From Candidatus Omnitrophota bacterium (lineage in GTDB: Bacteria > Omnitrophota > Gorgyraeia > Gygaellales > Profunditerraquicolaceae): DNA of 64,000 bases. The stretch lies in the NCBI GenBank assembly GCA_018825985.1, contig JAHKAP010000002.1, positions 650 through 64,649 of the forward strand, in the 5' to 3' direction. The notes under the pieces are model-generated. The model was not told the DNA's origin and searched no databases. It saw nothing but the letters and a program-made list of their open reading frames with translations. Shown piece after piece: positions 48,742 to 58,309 of this stretch. Position 1 is the stretch's first letter. Every line of letters starts with the position of its first letter. Both the position numbers and the translations under genes were made by a program.

Positions 48742-49290
48742 ATGTCTAGAATCGGAAGAAAGCCAGTAAATCTACCTAAAGATGCTAAGGTAGAGATTAA
48801 AGGCAGTTTTATTTCTGTTGAGGGTCCAAAGGGGAAATTAGCCCGGACCTTTAGCGACAGGATAGGTATGGAGGTTAAGGATAACCAGATTTTTGTTACC
48901 CGGGCTGGGGACACAAAGCTGGATAAGGGTCAGCAGGGTTTAGTCAGGGCCTTGGTCGGGAATATGCTTAAGGGCGTGACCGAAGGCTATGTCAAGGAAT
49001 TAGAGATAAACGGCGTTGGTTTTAAGGCTTTGGTTCAGGGAAATATCCTGACCATGAATTTGGGATTTTCTCACCCGGTTATTTTCAATGTACCCGAGGG
49101 TATAAAAATAGAGGTTCCTAAGCCGACTCAGATTGTGATCCGGGGTATCGATAAGGAAAAGGTCGGGGAACTGGCGGCTGAGATACGTTCGGTATACCCG
49201 CCTGAACCGTATAAAGGTAAAGGTGTGCGTTATTTAGGAGAATACGTAAAGAAAAAAGTCGGAAAGGCCCAGGCAACTGGCGGAAAGTAA
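48742..49290 (+). CDS. rplF: 50S ribosomal protein L6
   Basis: 182 aa. MSRIGRKPVNLPKDAKVEIKGSFISVEGPKG. Confidence 0.9.
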   Translation: MSRIGRKPVNLPKDAKVEIKGSFISVEGPKGKLARTFSDRIGMEVKDNQIFVTRAGDTKLDKGQQGLVRALVGNMLKGVTEGYVKELEINGVGFKALVQGNILTMNLGFSHPVIFNVPEGIKIEVPKPTQIVIRGIDKEKVGELAAEIRSVYPPEPYKGKGVRYLGEYVKKKVGKAQATGGK

Positions 49291-49291
49291 T

Positions 49292-49654
49292 ATGAAAAAT
49301 AAAAAATTAATAAAGCAAATTGGAAGGCATACGCGTATCCGTTTGCGTATAAAAGGCAATGGTGAACGCCCTCGTTTAGTGCTTAACCGGGGATTGAAGA
49401 ATATTTTTGCCCAATTGGTCGATGATACCAAGAATAAAACGGTATTTTCCTTATCGACTCTGGATAAAGAAATAAAATCGAAATTTCCCGCTGCCGGCAA
49501 TATCAAGGCCGCGGAGTTTTTCGGGGAGATTTTCGCCCGCCGGGCAGTGGAAAAAGGGATCAAAAAAATCGTTTTTGACCGGGCGGGGTATTTATATCAC
49601 GGAAGGGTCAAGGCTTTTGCCGATTCCTTAAGAAAAGCAGGATTGGAGTTTTAA
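49292..49654 (+). CDS. rplR: 50S ribosomal protein L18
   Basis: 120 aa. RHTRIRLRIKGNGERPRLVLNRGLKNIFAQLVDD, FDRAGYLYHGRVKAFADSLRKAGLEF. Confidence 0.9.
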   Translation: MKNKKLIKQIGRHTRIRLRIKGNGERPRLVLNRGLKNIFAQLVDDTKNKTVFSLSTLDKEIKSKFPAAGNIKAAEFFGEIFARRAVEKGIKKIVFDRAGYLYHGRVKAFADSLRKAGLEF

Positions 49655-50113
49655 ATGCGCGAAGTAAATATACAACAGCAATCAGAGCTAAGCGAGAAAA
49701 TAGTTTCAATTAACAGGGTTACTAAGGTTACTAAGGGCGGGAAAAAGATGTCTTTCAGCGCCCTGGTAGTTGTCGGTGATAGGAACGGCCGGGTTGGTTA
49801 TGCCTTAGGAAAGGCAAATGAAGTTGCCGATGCCATACGTAAAGGCTTAGGCAGGGCTAAAAAGGATTTAGTCAAGATCGGCGTAGAGGATTCAACTATA
49901 CCCCATGAAGTGATCGGTAAATATGCCGGAGCTAAAGTTCTTTTGAAGCCGGCTTCCGAAGGCACGGGAGTAATCGCCTGCGGCCCGGTCCGGGCCGTAT
50001 GCGAATCATGCGGGATAAAGGACATTCTTACTAAATCTTTAAAATCCAATAATCCTATCAATGTAATTAAGGCTACTATGGCCGCGTTATCGAATTTAAA
50101 AGGAAAAAAATAA
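49655..50113 (+). CDS. rpsE: 30S ribosomal protein S5
   Basis: 152 aa. [40 protein letters not shown]. Confidence 0.9.
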   Translation: MREVNIQQQSELSEKIVSINRVTKVTKGGKKMSFSALVVVGDRNGRVGYALGKANEVADAIRKGLGRAKKDLVKIGVEDSTIPHEVIGKYAGAKVLLKPASEGTGVIACGPVRAVCESCGIKDILTKSLKSNNPINVIKATMAALSNLKGKK

Positions 50114-50656
50114 ATGCTTAAAACTAAAAAGACAGTTAAGGCTGAACCAAAGGCCGAGAAATCCGTTAAACAGCCGATTCCTGCTCAGGAAGCGGATAAA
50201 TCTGTATATAAAATCGGCCTGCATAATTTAAGGGCTCCTTTTGGGTCGCATAAAAAAAGAAAATTATTGGGAAGAGGCGCAGGTTCCGGACACGGAAAAA
50301 CATCTACCCGGGGAAGTAAGGGCGCGACTTCGCGTTCAGGTCCTGGCGTTTACCTGGGACACGAAGGAGGCCAGTCTCCATTGATCCGCAAAATGCCCAA
50401 ACGGGGATTTAACAGCAGGACTCCGCTAAAATACCAGGTCGTTAACCTTGAATCGTTAGTTAAGATTAAAGAAGATATTATTAATCCTTCCTTATTGCTG
50501 GAAAAGGGTTTTATCAAAAGTAAGTCTGTCCCGGTTAAGATACTGGGAAACGGCGAGCTTAAGGCCGCGAAGACGTTCCAGGCCCACGCTTTTTCAAAAA
50601 AGGCCCAGGAGAAGATAAAAAATACAGGTGGTAAAGTAGAGGTTATTAATGCTTAG
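50114..50656 (+). CDS. rplO: 50S ribosomal protein L15 (immediately follows rpsE; no L30 gene between them)
   Basis: 180 aa. LHNLRAPFGSHKKRKLLGRGAGSGHGKTSTRGSKG. Confidence 0.85.
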   Translation: MLKTKKTVKAEPKAEKSVKQPIPAQEADKSVYKIGLHNLRAPFGSHKKRKLLGRGAGSGHGKTSTRGSKGATSRSGPGVYLGHEGGQSPLIRKMPKRGFNSRTPLKYQVVNLESLVKIKEDIINPSLLLEKGFIKSKSVPVKILGNGELKAAKTFQAHAFSKKAQEKIKNTGGKVEVINA

Positions 50657-51995
50657 CGCGCTGGTAAATTCTTTTAAGATACCGGATTTAAAGCGCAGGT
50701 TAATAATTACCGGGATGCTTATTGCGGTTTATCGTATCGGCTGCTATGTTCCTACTCCCGGTATTGACGGGGTCGCCTTGGGGGAGTTTTTTAACCGGAT
50801 CGCCAAGACCCAGGGCGGTACGCTCTTTGGCATAATGAATATGTTCTCCGGCGGCGCTATGGAGAGATTGACTATTTTTGCTTTAGGGATCATGCCCTAT
50901 ATATCAGCCTCAATTATTATGCAGCTTTTGACTGCGGTTATCCCGCAACTAGAAAAAATAGCCAAAGAAGGCAAGGCCGGATATGAAAAGATAAATCAGT
51001 TTACCCGCTGCGGCACGGTAGCCCTGGCTTTGATCCAGTCTTTTTTCATCGCTATGTGGCTTGAGAATCCGGCTCGTTTCGAGGGACTGAAAATAGTAAT
51101 GCAGCCTGGTATCGGATTTCGGATATTGACGGTTTTCACCCTTACTACCGGGACTATATTTATTATGTGGCTGGGGGAACAGATCCAGGAACGGGGGATC
51201 GGAAACGGCATATCGCTGGTTATCACCGCTGGCATTATATCGCGTATCCCCGCGGCTATCGCTCAATTATGGGTGTTGATTTCTCCTTTTTCACCGGCCC
51301 GCAGGCAGATCCAGCCTTTGACCATTTTAGTCATGCTGGTCCTTTTATGCGCGGTTGTTTTTGCGGTAATCATGATCATTCAAGGGCAAAGGAAGATACC
51401 GGTGCAATACGCCCGCAGGGTAGTGGGTAGAAAGATCTACGGGGGGCAGTCAACGTATATACCCTTAAAGGTAGATACTTCGGGAGTCATCGCTATTATC
51501 TTTGCCCAATCTATAATATTGTTTCCGGCGACCCTAGCTTCTTTTATACCAAATCCGGCTTTTCAGATGTGGGCTCAAAATCTGGTTAGAGGGCACTTTC
51601 TTTATACCATGGTTTATTCGCTCCTGATCATATTTTTTTGTTATTTCTACACCGCGATTGTTTTTAATCCAATAGATATTTCAGAGAATATGAAAAAATA
51701 CGGTGGTTTTATACCGGGGATCCGGCCGGGAAATCCGACATCCGAATACCTGGATTTTGTTATGACCAGGATCACTTTGGCCGGAGCAATTTTTATCGCT
51801 ATTATCGCCATTCTACCTGATTTTATTATGGCCTGGCTTAAAGTTCCCTATTTGATCGCTTCTTTTGCCGGAGGCACCAGTATATTGATCGTGGTCGGGG
51901 TTATGCTGGATACTATAAAACAGATCGAGTCTCATTTAGTAATGCATAATTATGAAGGGTTTATTAAAGGCGCCAAAATCAAGGGTAGAAGGTAG
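50649..51995 (+). CDS. secY: Preprotein translocase SecY
   Basis: 448 aa. 10 TM segments, GIMPYISASIIMQLL, position after rplO. Confidence 0.95.
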   Translation: MLSALVNSFKIPDLKRRLIITGMLIAVYRIGCYVPTPGIDGVALGEFFNRIAKTQGGTLFGIMNMFSGGAMERLTIFALGIMPYISASIIMQLLTAVIPQLEKIAKEGKAGYEKINQFTRCGTVALALIQSFFIAMWLENPARFEGLKIVMQPGIGFRILTVFTLTTGTIFIMWLGEQIQERGIGNGISLVITAGIISRIPAAIAQLWVLISPFSPARRQIQPLTILVMLVLLCAVVFAVIMIIQGQRKIPVQYARRVVGRKIYGGQSTYIPLKVDTSGVIAIIFAQSIILFPATLASFIPNPAFQMWAQNLVRGHFLYTMVYSLLIIFFCYFYTAIVFNPIDISENMKKYGGFIPGIRPGNPTSEYLDFVMTRITLAGAIFIAIIAILPDFIMAWLKVPYLIASFAGGTSILIVVGVMLDTIKQIESHLVMHNYEGFIKGAKIKGRR

Positions 51996-52634
51996 ATGAA
52001 AATTATTTTTTTAGGAGCGCCCGGCGCCGGCAAGGGCACACAGGCAAAAAAAGTCGCCCAAAAAATGAATATACTGCATATTTCTACCGGCGACTTGTTG
52101 AGGCAGAATGTAACTAATAGTACTTCTTTGGGCCGGCAGGCCAAGGATTTCATGAATAAAGGGGCTTTGGTTCCGGATGAGCTGGTTACTCAGATGCTGA
52201 TTGACCGGCTGAGCCGGCCGGATATTGAAAAAGGATTTATTTTAGACGGGTACCCCCGCAATCTGAACCAGGCGAAAAAGTTGGATGAGGTGCTGGCAGA
52301 TAAAAATCGAAGTATAGATAAAGTGATTTACCTGGATGCCAGCGAACCGGTAATTATACAGCGGATCACCGGAAGGCTGGTCTGCAGGTCCTGCGGAGCA
52401 AATTTTCATATTAAGAATATGCCTCCGAAGAAAAACATGGTTTGCGATCATTGCGGGGGTGAGCTGTATCAAAGAAGCGATGATAAAGAAGAGACGGTCA
52501 GGAAACGTTTGGAAGTTTACCGTCAGGAAGCAGCCTGTTTAATAGATTATTACTCTAATACCGGCAGGTTAATCAAGATCAAGGCCGATGATGAAGCTGA
52601 GCCGGTCCTGAAAGAGATATTCGCGGTTATATAA
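51996..52634 (+). CDS. adk: Adenylate kinase with zinc-binding lid
   Basis: MKIIFLGAPGAGKGTQAKKVA. Lid CRSCGANFH...CDHCGGEL. Confidence 0.95.
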   Translation: MKIIFLGAPGAGKGTQAKKVAQKMNILHISTGDLLRQNVTNSTSLGRQAKDFMNKGALVPDELVTQMLIDRLSRPDIEKGFILDGYPRNLNQAKKLDEVLADKNRSIDKVIYLDASEPVIIQRITGRLVCRSCGANFHIKNMPPKKNMVCDHCGGELYQRSDDKEETVRKRLEVYRQEAACLIDYYSNTGRLIKIKADDEAEPVLKEIFAVI

Positions 52635-52642
52635 TAATAGCA

Positions 52643-53389
52643 ATGATTCCTATAAAGTCCGAGCAAGAGCTGGAGGTTATGCGTCAGGCAGGCAGGATAA
52701 TAGCGGGGATAGCAGCTAAATTGCGGGAAAGTGTAAAGCAAGGAACAACAACGGGCCGGATCAGCGATTTAGCTTTAAAATATATGGAGGCTGAAGGAGT
52801 AGTCTCTGCTTTTAAAAATTACCGGGGTTATCCCGGAAATATTTGCATATCAGTAAACGAAGAAATCGTTCATGGTATCCCCAAGGATAGACAGCTGGCC
52901 GAAGGAGATATTGTAAGCATAGATTTAGGAATTAAGTATAATGGTTATTTCTCAGATATGGCGTTTACCGTGGGTGTGGGAAGTATCAGCTCTCGGGCTA
53001 AAAAGCTCATAGATGTAGCCAGAAAATCTTTAGTTTTCGGCATAAAACAAGCTAAGGCGGATAATCGTTTATCGGATATATCTTATGCCATTCAGCATTA
53101 TGTTGAAAATAATGGATTTTCCGTGGTCAGGCAGTTTGTAGGCCATGGCATAGGCAGAGATTTACACGAAGAACCTGAAATTCCTAATTTCGGAGCGCCT
53201 AATCAGAAAGAAGTTTTAAGGCCCGGAATGGTTCTGGCTATTGAGCCGATGGTGAACATGGGGAATTGGGATTGCCGAGTCTTGAAGGACGGTTGGACAG
53301 CGGTTACAGCGGACGGCCTGCCTTCAGCTCATTTTGAACATACAGTAGCTATTACTGAAAAAGGCGCCGAGATCCTGACTAGCGTATAA
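52643..53389 (+). CDS. map: Methionine aminopeptidase type I
   Basis: 248 aa. Pita-bread fold motifs [29 protein letters not shown]. Confidence 0.9.
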   Translation: MIPIKSEQELEVMRQAGRIIAGIAAKLRESVKQGTTTGRISDLALKYMEAEGVVSAFKNYRGYPGNICISVNEEIVHGIPKDRQLAEGDIVSIDLGIKYNGYFSDMAFTVGVGSISSRAKKLIDVARKSLVFGIKQAKADNRLSDISYAIQHYVENNGFSVVRQFVGHGIGRDLHEEPEIPNFGAPNQKEVLRPGMVLAIEPMVNMGNWDCRVLKDGWTAVTADGLPSAHFEHTVAITEKGAEILTSV

Positions 53390-53400
53390 TCTGGAGGGAT

Positions 53401-53619
53401 ATGGGCAAGGAAGAACTTATAGAAACAGAAGGCAAGGTTGTAGAAGCTTTACCCAATGCCGTATTTAAGGTAGAATTGGAAAACGGTCATATAGTAACCG
53501 CGCATGTGTCCGGAAAAATGAGGATGAATTTTATCAGGATACTGCCGGGGGATAAAGTAAAACTTGAACTTTCTCCTTATGATTTAGGGCGGGGGAGAAT
53601 CACATTTAGAGTAAAATAA
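53401..53619 (+). CDS. infA: Translation initiation factor IF-1
   Basis: 72 aa. [61 protein letters not shown]. Confidence 0.95.
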   Translation: MGKEELIETEGKVVEALPNAVFKVELENGHIVTAHVSGKMRMNFIRILPGDKVKLELSPYDLGRGRITFRVK

Positions 53620-53677
53620 AAAGATATAGGTAGAGGTAAAGGTATAGATTGAGATAAAGAATAGAGAGGATAATAAA

Positions 53678-53791
53678 GTGAAAGTAAAAGCATCGGTCAG
53701 GAAAATATGCGATAAGTGCAAAGTTATTAAACGTAGAAGAATTGTTAGGGTTATATGTTCTAATCCTAAGCATAAACAGCGCCAAGGATAG
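53678..53791 (+). CDS. rpmJ: 50S ribosomal protein L36 (GTG start)
   Basis: Translates to [37 protein letters not shown]. Not in the ORF track because it is short. Confidence 0.85.
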   Translation: MKVKASVRKICDKCKVIKRRRIVRVICSNPKHKQRQG

Positions 53792-53802
53792 GAGGAAATA
53801 AC

Positions 53803-54186
53803 GTGCCCAGGCTTTTAGGTGTAGATATACCCAAGGAAAAAAGAATTGAAATATCGTTGACTTATATATACGGTGTCGGCAGGTATTTGTCTAACCAGAT
53901 ACTTAAAGAGGCCCAGATCTCTCCGGATAAACGGGCAAAGGATTTGACCGAAGAGGAGATCTCCCGCATTGTTAACATAATCCAAAAAGGAAATTATAAA
54001 GTAGAGGGCGATCTGCGCCGGGACATTTCCCAGAATATTAAAAGATTAATGGATATAGGTTCATACCGCGGTATGCGTCATAAAAGAGGGCTTCCTTGCC
54101 GCGGTCAAAGGACCAGGACTAACGCCCGGACCAGAAAAGGCCCGCGTAAAGGCAATATTGCCATAGCTAAAGCCAAGAAGGAATAA
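53803..54186 (+). CDS. rpsM: 30S ribosomal protein S13 (GTG start)
   Basis: 127 aa. [36 protein letters not shown]. Confidence 0.9.
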   Translation: MPRLLGVDIPKEKRIEISLTYIYGVGRYLSNQILKEAQISPDKRAKDLTEEEISRIVNIIQKGNYKVEGDLRRDISQNIKRLMDIGSYRGMRHKRGLPCRGQRTRTNARTRKGPRKGNIAIAKAKKE

Positions 54187-54188
54187 AA

Positions 54189-54629
54189 ATGACTGAAAAA
54201 CCAGCAACCCCAGCAACCCCAGAAACTACAGCAACGCCGGCTCAAACGCCAACAACCAGTAAAAAAAAGAAAAACCTTAAAGGCGTAACTTTAGGGATAG
54301 CTCATATTCAAGCGAGTTTTAATAATACCCTCATTACTATTACAGATAAGCAGGGTAACACTATAGCCTGGTCATCGCCGGGAATCGTAGGTTACAGCGG
54401 ATCTAAAAGGTCTACTCCTTTTGCCGCTCAGACAGCTGCCGGCGACGCCGCAAAAAAGGCTAAGGATCTGGGCTTGCAGGAAGTGGAAGTTTGGGTAAAA
54501 GGCCCTGGCCCGGGAAGGGAATCGGCTATCAGGGCTTTGCAGGCCGCCGGTTTAGTAATAACTTCGATCAAAGACGTTACTCCTATCCCGCACAACGGTT
54601 GTCGTCCGAAAAAGAAAAGGAGAGTATAA
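54189..54629 (+). CDS. rpsK: 30S ribosomal protein S11
   Basis: 146 aa. [47 protein letters not shown]. Confidence 0.9.
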   Translation: MTEKPATPATPETTATPAQTPTTSKKKKNLKGVTLGIAHIQASFNNTLITITDKQGNTIAWSSPGIVGYSGSKRSTPFAAQTAAGDAAKKAKDLGLQEVEVWVKGPGPGRESAIRALQAAGLVITSIKDVTPIPHNGCRPKKKRRV

Positions 54630-54634
54630 TATAT

Positions 54635-55267
54635 ATGGGAAGGTATACAGGTCCAACATGTAGATTGTGTAGAAGAGAGCAGCAAAAGCTGTTCCTTAAA
54701 GGTACCAGGTGCAGCACTGAAAAATGCGGCCTGGCTAAAAGAGATTACGTCCCCGGCCAGCACGGAGAGGCAAAGGCCCGGATTAAGCTTTCAAATTACG
54801 GCTTGCAATTGAGGGAGAAGCAAAAGGTAAAAAGAATGTACGGGCTTTTTGAAAAGCAGTTCCGCCGTTATTTTAAGATTGCTTCTAAGACCAAAGGCGT
54901 AACCGGTAAAGTATTGTTGCAGCTTTTAGAGAGAAGGCTGGATAATGTGATATTTCGTTTAGGGTTGGCTACGTCCCGGGCCCAGGCCAGGCAGGTAGTC
55001 CGCCACAATTTTATCTTTGTCAATTCCAAGCGGGTGAACATACCTTCTTATTTAATCGTTAAAGACGATATCGTCCAGTTAAAGGCCAAAGATAAGGCTA
55101 TGGCCAAGATTAAAGATAACCTTGAAATTAGCAAGGACAGGACTGTGCCTTCCTGGCTTGAATTTAATCCTGCCCAGGCCCAGGCCAAGGTCCTGCGCCT
55201 TCCGGAGAAAGACGATATTCAGCTTCCGATCCAGGAACAGTTAATAGTCGAGTTGTATTCAAAATAA
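54635..55267 (+). CDS. rpsD: 30S ribosomal protein S4
   Basis: Start at ATG 54635 (MGRYTGPTCRLCRREQQKLFLKG). The track ORF 54491 start overlaps rpsK. Confidence 0.9.
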   Translation: MGRYTGPTCRLCRREQQKLFLKGTRCSTEKCGLAKRDYVPGQHGEAKARIKLSNYGLQLREKQKVKRMYGLFEKQFRRYFKIASKTKGVTGKVLLQLLERRLDNVIFRLGLATSRAQARQVVRHNFIFVNSKRVNIPSYLIVKDDIVQLKAKDKAMAKIKDNLEISKDRTVPSWLEFNPAQAQAKVLRLPEKDDIQLPIQEQLIVELYSK

Positions 55268-55276
55268 AGGCTGTCA

Positions 55277-55367
55277 ATGATTACACTGATTAAAAAGCAG
55301 ATTCCAGAGATTAAAACATATAACAGAAACAATCGCTGTAATCTTCTTTTAGGAATCTGTGGAATCA
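55277..55367. repeat. ATGATTCCAG-family intergenic element, copy 3 (between rpsD and rpoA)
   Basis: ATGATTACACTGATTAAAAAGCAGATTCCAGAGATTAAAACATATAACAGAAACAATCGCTGTAATCTTCTTTTAGGAATCTGTGGAATCA. Confidence 0.75.
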
Positions 55368-55419
55368 ACAATTAAAAAGATTTTAGCAACAGTTTGTAAA
55401 AAATAAAGGAGCCAAGAAA

Positions 55420-56409
55420 ATGGGTATAAAGTGGAGAGATTTTCAATTACCAAAAAAATTGGAGTGCGAAGAGTCCAGCTATACCGGAAATTACGGAAAA
55501 TTTTTCGCCGCTCCTTTTGAAAGAGGCTATGGCGTTACTTTAGGAAACGCCATAAGAAGGCTGCTATTGTCGTCCATTGAGGGCAGCGCCGTAACATCAG
55601 TAAAGATATCCGGAGTGCAGCATGAGTTCTCCACTATTCCTGGCGTACTCGAAGACGTCCCGGAGATAATCTTAAACCTTAAAAGCCTGATTCTAAAATC
55701 GCATTCCAAAGTATCGAAGACGCTTTATATCAAAAAGAATACTAAGGGCGAGGTCAAGGCCAAGGACATCCAGACCGATGAAAGCGTGGAGGTTATCAAT
55801 CCCGATCTTCACATCGCAACTATCACCGATGATATAAAGCTTAATATGGAGATTGAGGTTTCAAAAGGCAGGGGTTATGTCCCCCAGGATGCGAACAAAA
55901 GAGATGACCAGGTTATCGGGACGATCCCGATTGATTCCATATTTTCTCCGGTAAAAAAGGTCAACTTTAATGTGGAAAATACCCGGGTGGGCCAGAAAAC
56001 CGATTATGACAAACTTATACTTGAGATCTGGACCAATGGAGCAGTAAGCCCTAAAGACGCGCTTTTATATGCTTCAAATATATTACAGAGGCATCTTGAT
56101 ATTTTTGTTAACTTCGGTCAGTTGCCTGATGAGGAAGAGGAAGAACCGGAGATGACCAAGGAAGAGATCGCTCTGTATGAAAAACTCAGACTACCGATCT
56201 CCGAACTTGAACTGTCGGTGAGAAGTTCGAACTGTTTAAGGGAAGCCAATATAAAGACCATAGCGGACCTGGTAAAGAGAGGGGAAGAAGAAATGCTTGG
56301 TTTTAAGAATTTTGGCAAGAAATCTTTAACTGAGATCAAGGAGCTTTTGACCGGGATGAGTTTAAACTTGGGGATGCAGATAGACATCAAGAAACTTAAG
56401 AAATCTTAA
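55420..56409 (+). CDS. rpoA: DNA-directed RNA polymerase alpha subunit
   Basis: 329 aa. N-terminal domain GNAIRRLLLSSIEGSAVTSVKI and C-terminal domain ELSVRSSNCLREANIKTIADL. Confidence 0.95.
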   Translation: MGIKWRDFQLPKKLECEESSYTGNYGKFFAAPFERGYGVTLGNAIRRLLLSSIEGSAVTSVKISGVQHEFSTIPGVLEDVPEIILNLKSLILKSHSKVSKTLYIKKNTKGEVKAKDIQTDESVEVINPDLHIATITDDIKLNMEIEVSKGRGYVPQDANKRDDQVIGTIPIDSIFSPVKKVNFNVENTRVGQKTDYDKLILEIWTNGAVSPKDALLYASNILQRHLDIFVNFGQLPDEEEEEPEMTKEEIALYEKLRLPISELELSVRSSNCLREANIKTIADLVKRGEEEMLGFKNFGKKSLTEIKELLTGMSLNLGMQIDIKKLKKS

Positions 56410-56420
56410 GATTAGAAAGG

Positions 56421-56546
56421 ACACGAACAGACACGAATTTCACACGAACAGACACGAATTAATTTGTGTAAATTAGTGTGAGCCGCGAAAATTTAAAAAG
56501 TAATGGCGAATTGGTGTAAATTCGTGCTTAAAACAAGGATACAATA
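56421..56546. promoter_or_regulatory. Conserved leader element upstream of rplQ: four ACACGAA(C/T) direct repeats at about 10-11 bp period, then ACACGAATTAATTTGTGTAAATTAGTGTGAG...GCGAATTGGTGTAAATTCGTGCTTAAAACAAGGATACAATAATG. Homologous to 41569-41668.
   Basis: Read directly and aligned by eye with the rplC leader. Confidence 0.7.
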
Positions 56547-57128
56547 ATGAGACATAATAAAGCTAAAAATCAGCTCAACCGGTTCACTAGTTGGCGCAGG
56601 GCCACGATCTTAAGCCTGGCCAGGAGCTTGTTTATTTATCAGCGGATCTCTACGACCGCGGCCAGGGCTAAAGCAGTCAGGCCTACGATAGATAAACTTA
56701 TTACCATGGGTAAACATAATACTCTGGCAAAAAAAAGGCAGGCCTTTGAGTTATTAGGGGACCATAAATTAGTCGGTATGCTTTTTAATGATATAGCCCC
56801 GCGTTTTGCTAAGAGGCAGGGTGGATATACCCGCTTGCTTTTACTGGGAAAAAGGCGCGGCGACGATGCTCAGCTGGCTATTTTAGAGTTGACTGAGATA
56901 AAAGAAAAAGTCAAAAAAGTTAAGAAGAATAAAGATAAAGAATCCAAGCCCGCGTCAGCAACAGGTGTTGTTGAAGGAAAGACCGAGGTTGCGCAGGATA
57001 CGCCGGTCGAAGTAAAATCCAAGACTGAAAACGCGGTTAAAGAAAGGCCCCCTGTTATTAAAAAACCAGCCAAGAAATTCTTCAGCGGCATTAAGAATAT
57101 CTTTAAAAAAGAGAGAGACTCTCTTTAA
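56547..57128 (+). CDS. rplQ: 50S ribosomal protein L17 with a Lys-rich C-terminal extension of about 70 aa
   Basis: MRHNKAKNQLNRFTSWRRATILSLARSLFIYQRI.TT..RAKAVRP. The extension KEKVKKVKKNKDKESKP... lies beyond about residue 120. Confidence 0.9.
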   Translation: MRHNKAKNQLNRFTSWRRATILSLARSLFIYQRISTTAARAKAVRPTIDKLITMGKHNTLAKKRQAFELLGDHKLVGMLFNDIAPRFAKRQGGYTRLLLLGKRRGDDAQLAILELTEIKEKVKKVKKNKDKESKPASATGVVEGKTEVAQDTPVEVKSKTENAVKERPPVIKKPAKKFFSGIKNIFKKERDSL

Positions 57129-57133
57129 TACCG

Positions 57134-58309
57134 ATGCGTATTGACAGCCGGTTATCTGAACGCTTATTAAAAGTAAAGCCTTCTTCAACCCTTGCCATCA
57201 CCTCCAAAGCCAAAAAGCTTAAAGGTGAGGGCAGGGATGTGGTTACTTTTGCGGCAGGAGAACCGGATTTTGATACTCCGGATGCGATTAAAGAAGAGGC
57301 TATCTTGGCCATCCGTTCGGGATTTACCAAATACACCCCCACCACCGGCATACCGGAATTAAAAAAACTAATATGCGAAAAATTCAAAAAAGACAATTCA
57401 TTAGATTATCAGCCTAACCAGATCGTTGTCTCTTGCGGGGCAAAACACAGCATTTTTAATACCCTTTTTGTTTTAATTGACCACGGTGACGAAGTCTTGA
57501 TCCCTTCTCCTTATTGGGTAAGTTATCCGGAAATGGTTAATCTCTGCGAAGGCGCGCCCCGCTTTATCAATTCCCGGCCTGAAAATAATTTTAAGATCAA
57601 TATAGAAGATCTGGAAAAACACATCGGTTCCAAAACCAAGGTATTTATTTTAAACTCGCCTTCTAACCCCACTGGCTGTGTATACGATAAAGATGAGCTT
57701 AAAGAGATCGCCAGGATCTGCGTCGAGCGGAAGATTTTTGTGATTAGTGATGAAATATACGAGAAGATAATTTTCGACAATTTAAAACATATATCCATCG
57801 GGTCCCTCGGTAAAGATATTTATGATTATACTATTACCGTTAATGGGCTCTCCAAGAGTTATTCTATGACCGGTTGGCGTATTGGATATTTAGCCGGGCC
57901 GGTTGATATAGTTGAGGCAGTATCTAAATTCCAGGATCATTCTACTTCTAATCCAACTTCTATATCTCAAAAAGCGGCATTAGCGGCCCTGAGCCTAACC
58001 GATGACTTTAGCAGGACAATGTGCTTGGAATTTTCCAAGAAAAGGGATTATATAATCAGCCGGTTGAATAAAATAAAAAAAATTGGTTATTGTAAGCCCA
58101 GCGGCGCGTTCTATATATTTTGTGATATTTCTAAAACAGGTTTAGATTCAGTCCAATTTTCCAGCCGTCTATTGGATGAGATGATGGTTGCAGTCATACC
58201 CGGCGATCCATTCGGTAGAAATGATTATATCCGTTTAAGTTTTGCCACTAGCCTTAATGAAATTGAAAAAGGGATGGACCGAATTGAAGGGTGGGTCAAT
58301 AAATTATGA
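57134..58309 (+). CDS. Class I/II (aspartate-family) aminotransferase
   Basis: 391 aa. LKGEGRDVVTFAAGEPDFDTPDAIKEEA; a Lys-containing SKSYSMTGWRIGY motif characteristic of PLP binding. Confidence 0.85.
   Translation: MRIDSRLSERLLKVKPSSTLAITSKAKKLKGEGRDVVTFAAGEPDFDTPDAIKEEAILAIRSGFTKYTPTTGIPELKKLICEKFKKDNSLDYQPNQIVVSCGAKHSIFNTLFVLIDHGDEVLIPSPYWVSYPEMVNLCEGAPRFINSRPENNFKINIEDLEKHIGSKTKVFILNSPSNPTGCVYDKDELKEIARICVERKIFVISDEIYEKIIFDNLKHISIGSLGKDIYDYTITVNGLSKSYSMTGWRIGYLAGPVDIVEAVSKFQDHSTSNPTSISQKAALAALSLTDDFSRTMCLEFSKKRDYIISRLNKIKKIGYCKPSGAFYIFCDISKTGLDSVQFSSRLLDEMMVAVIPGDPFGRNDYIRLSFATSLNEIEKGMDRIEGWVNKL

Noticed and set aside
51167-51430. Plus-strand alternative-frame 87-aa ORF and minus ORFs inside secY
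   Set aside because: secY is unambiguous over this span. These are Gly/Arg/His-rich alternative-frame artefacts.
14164-56546. CRISPR array interpretation of the short direct-repeat clusters
   Set aside because: The repeats are 7-22 nt with 3-5 nt gaps or a palindromic arrangement. There is no regular repeat-spacer periodicity with unique spacers of about 30 bp, and there are no cas genes.
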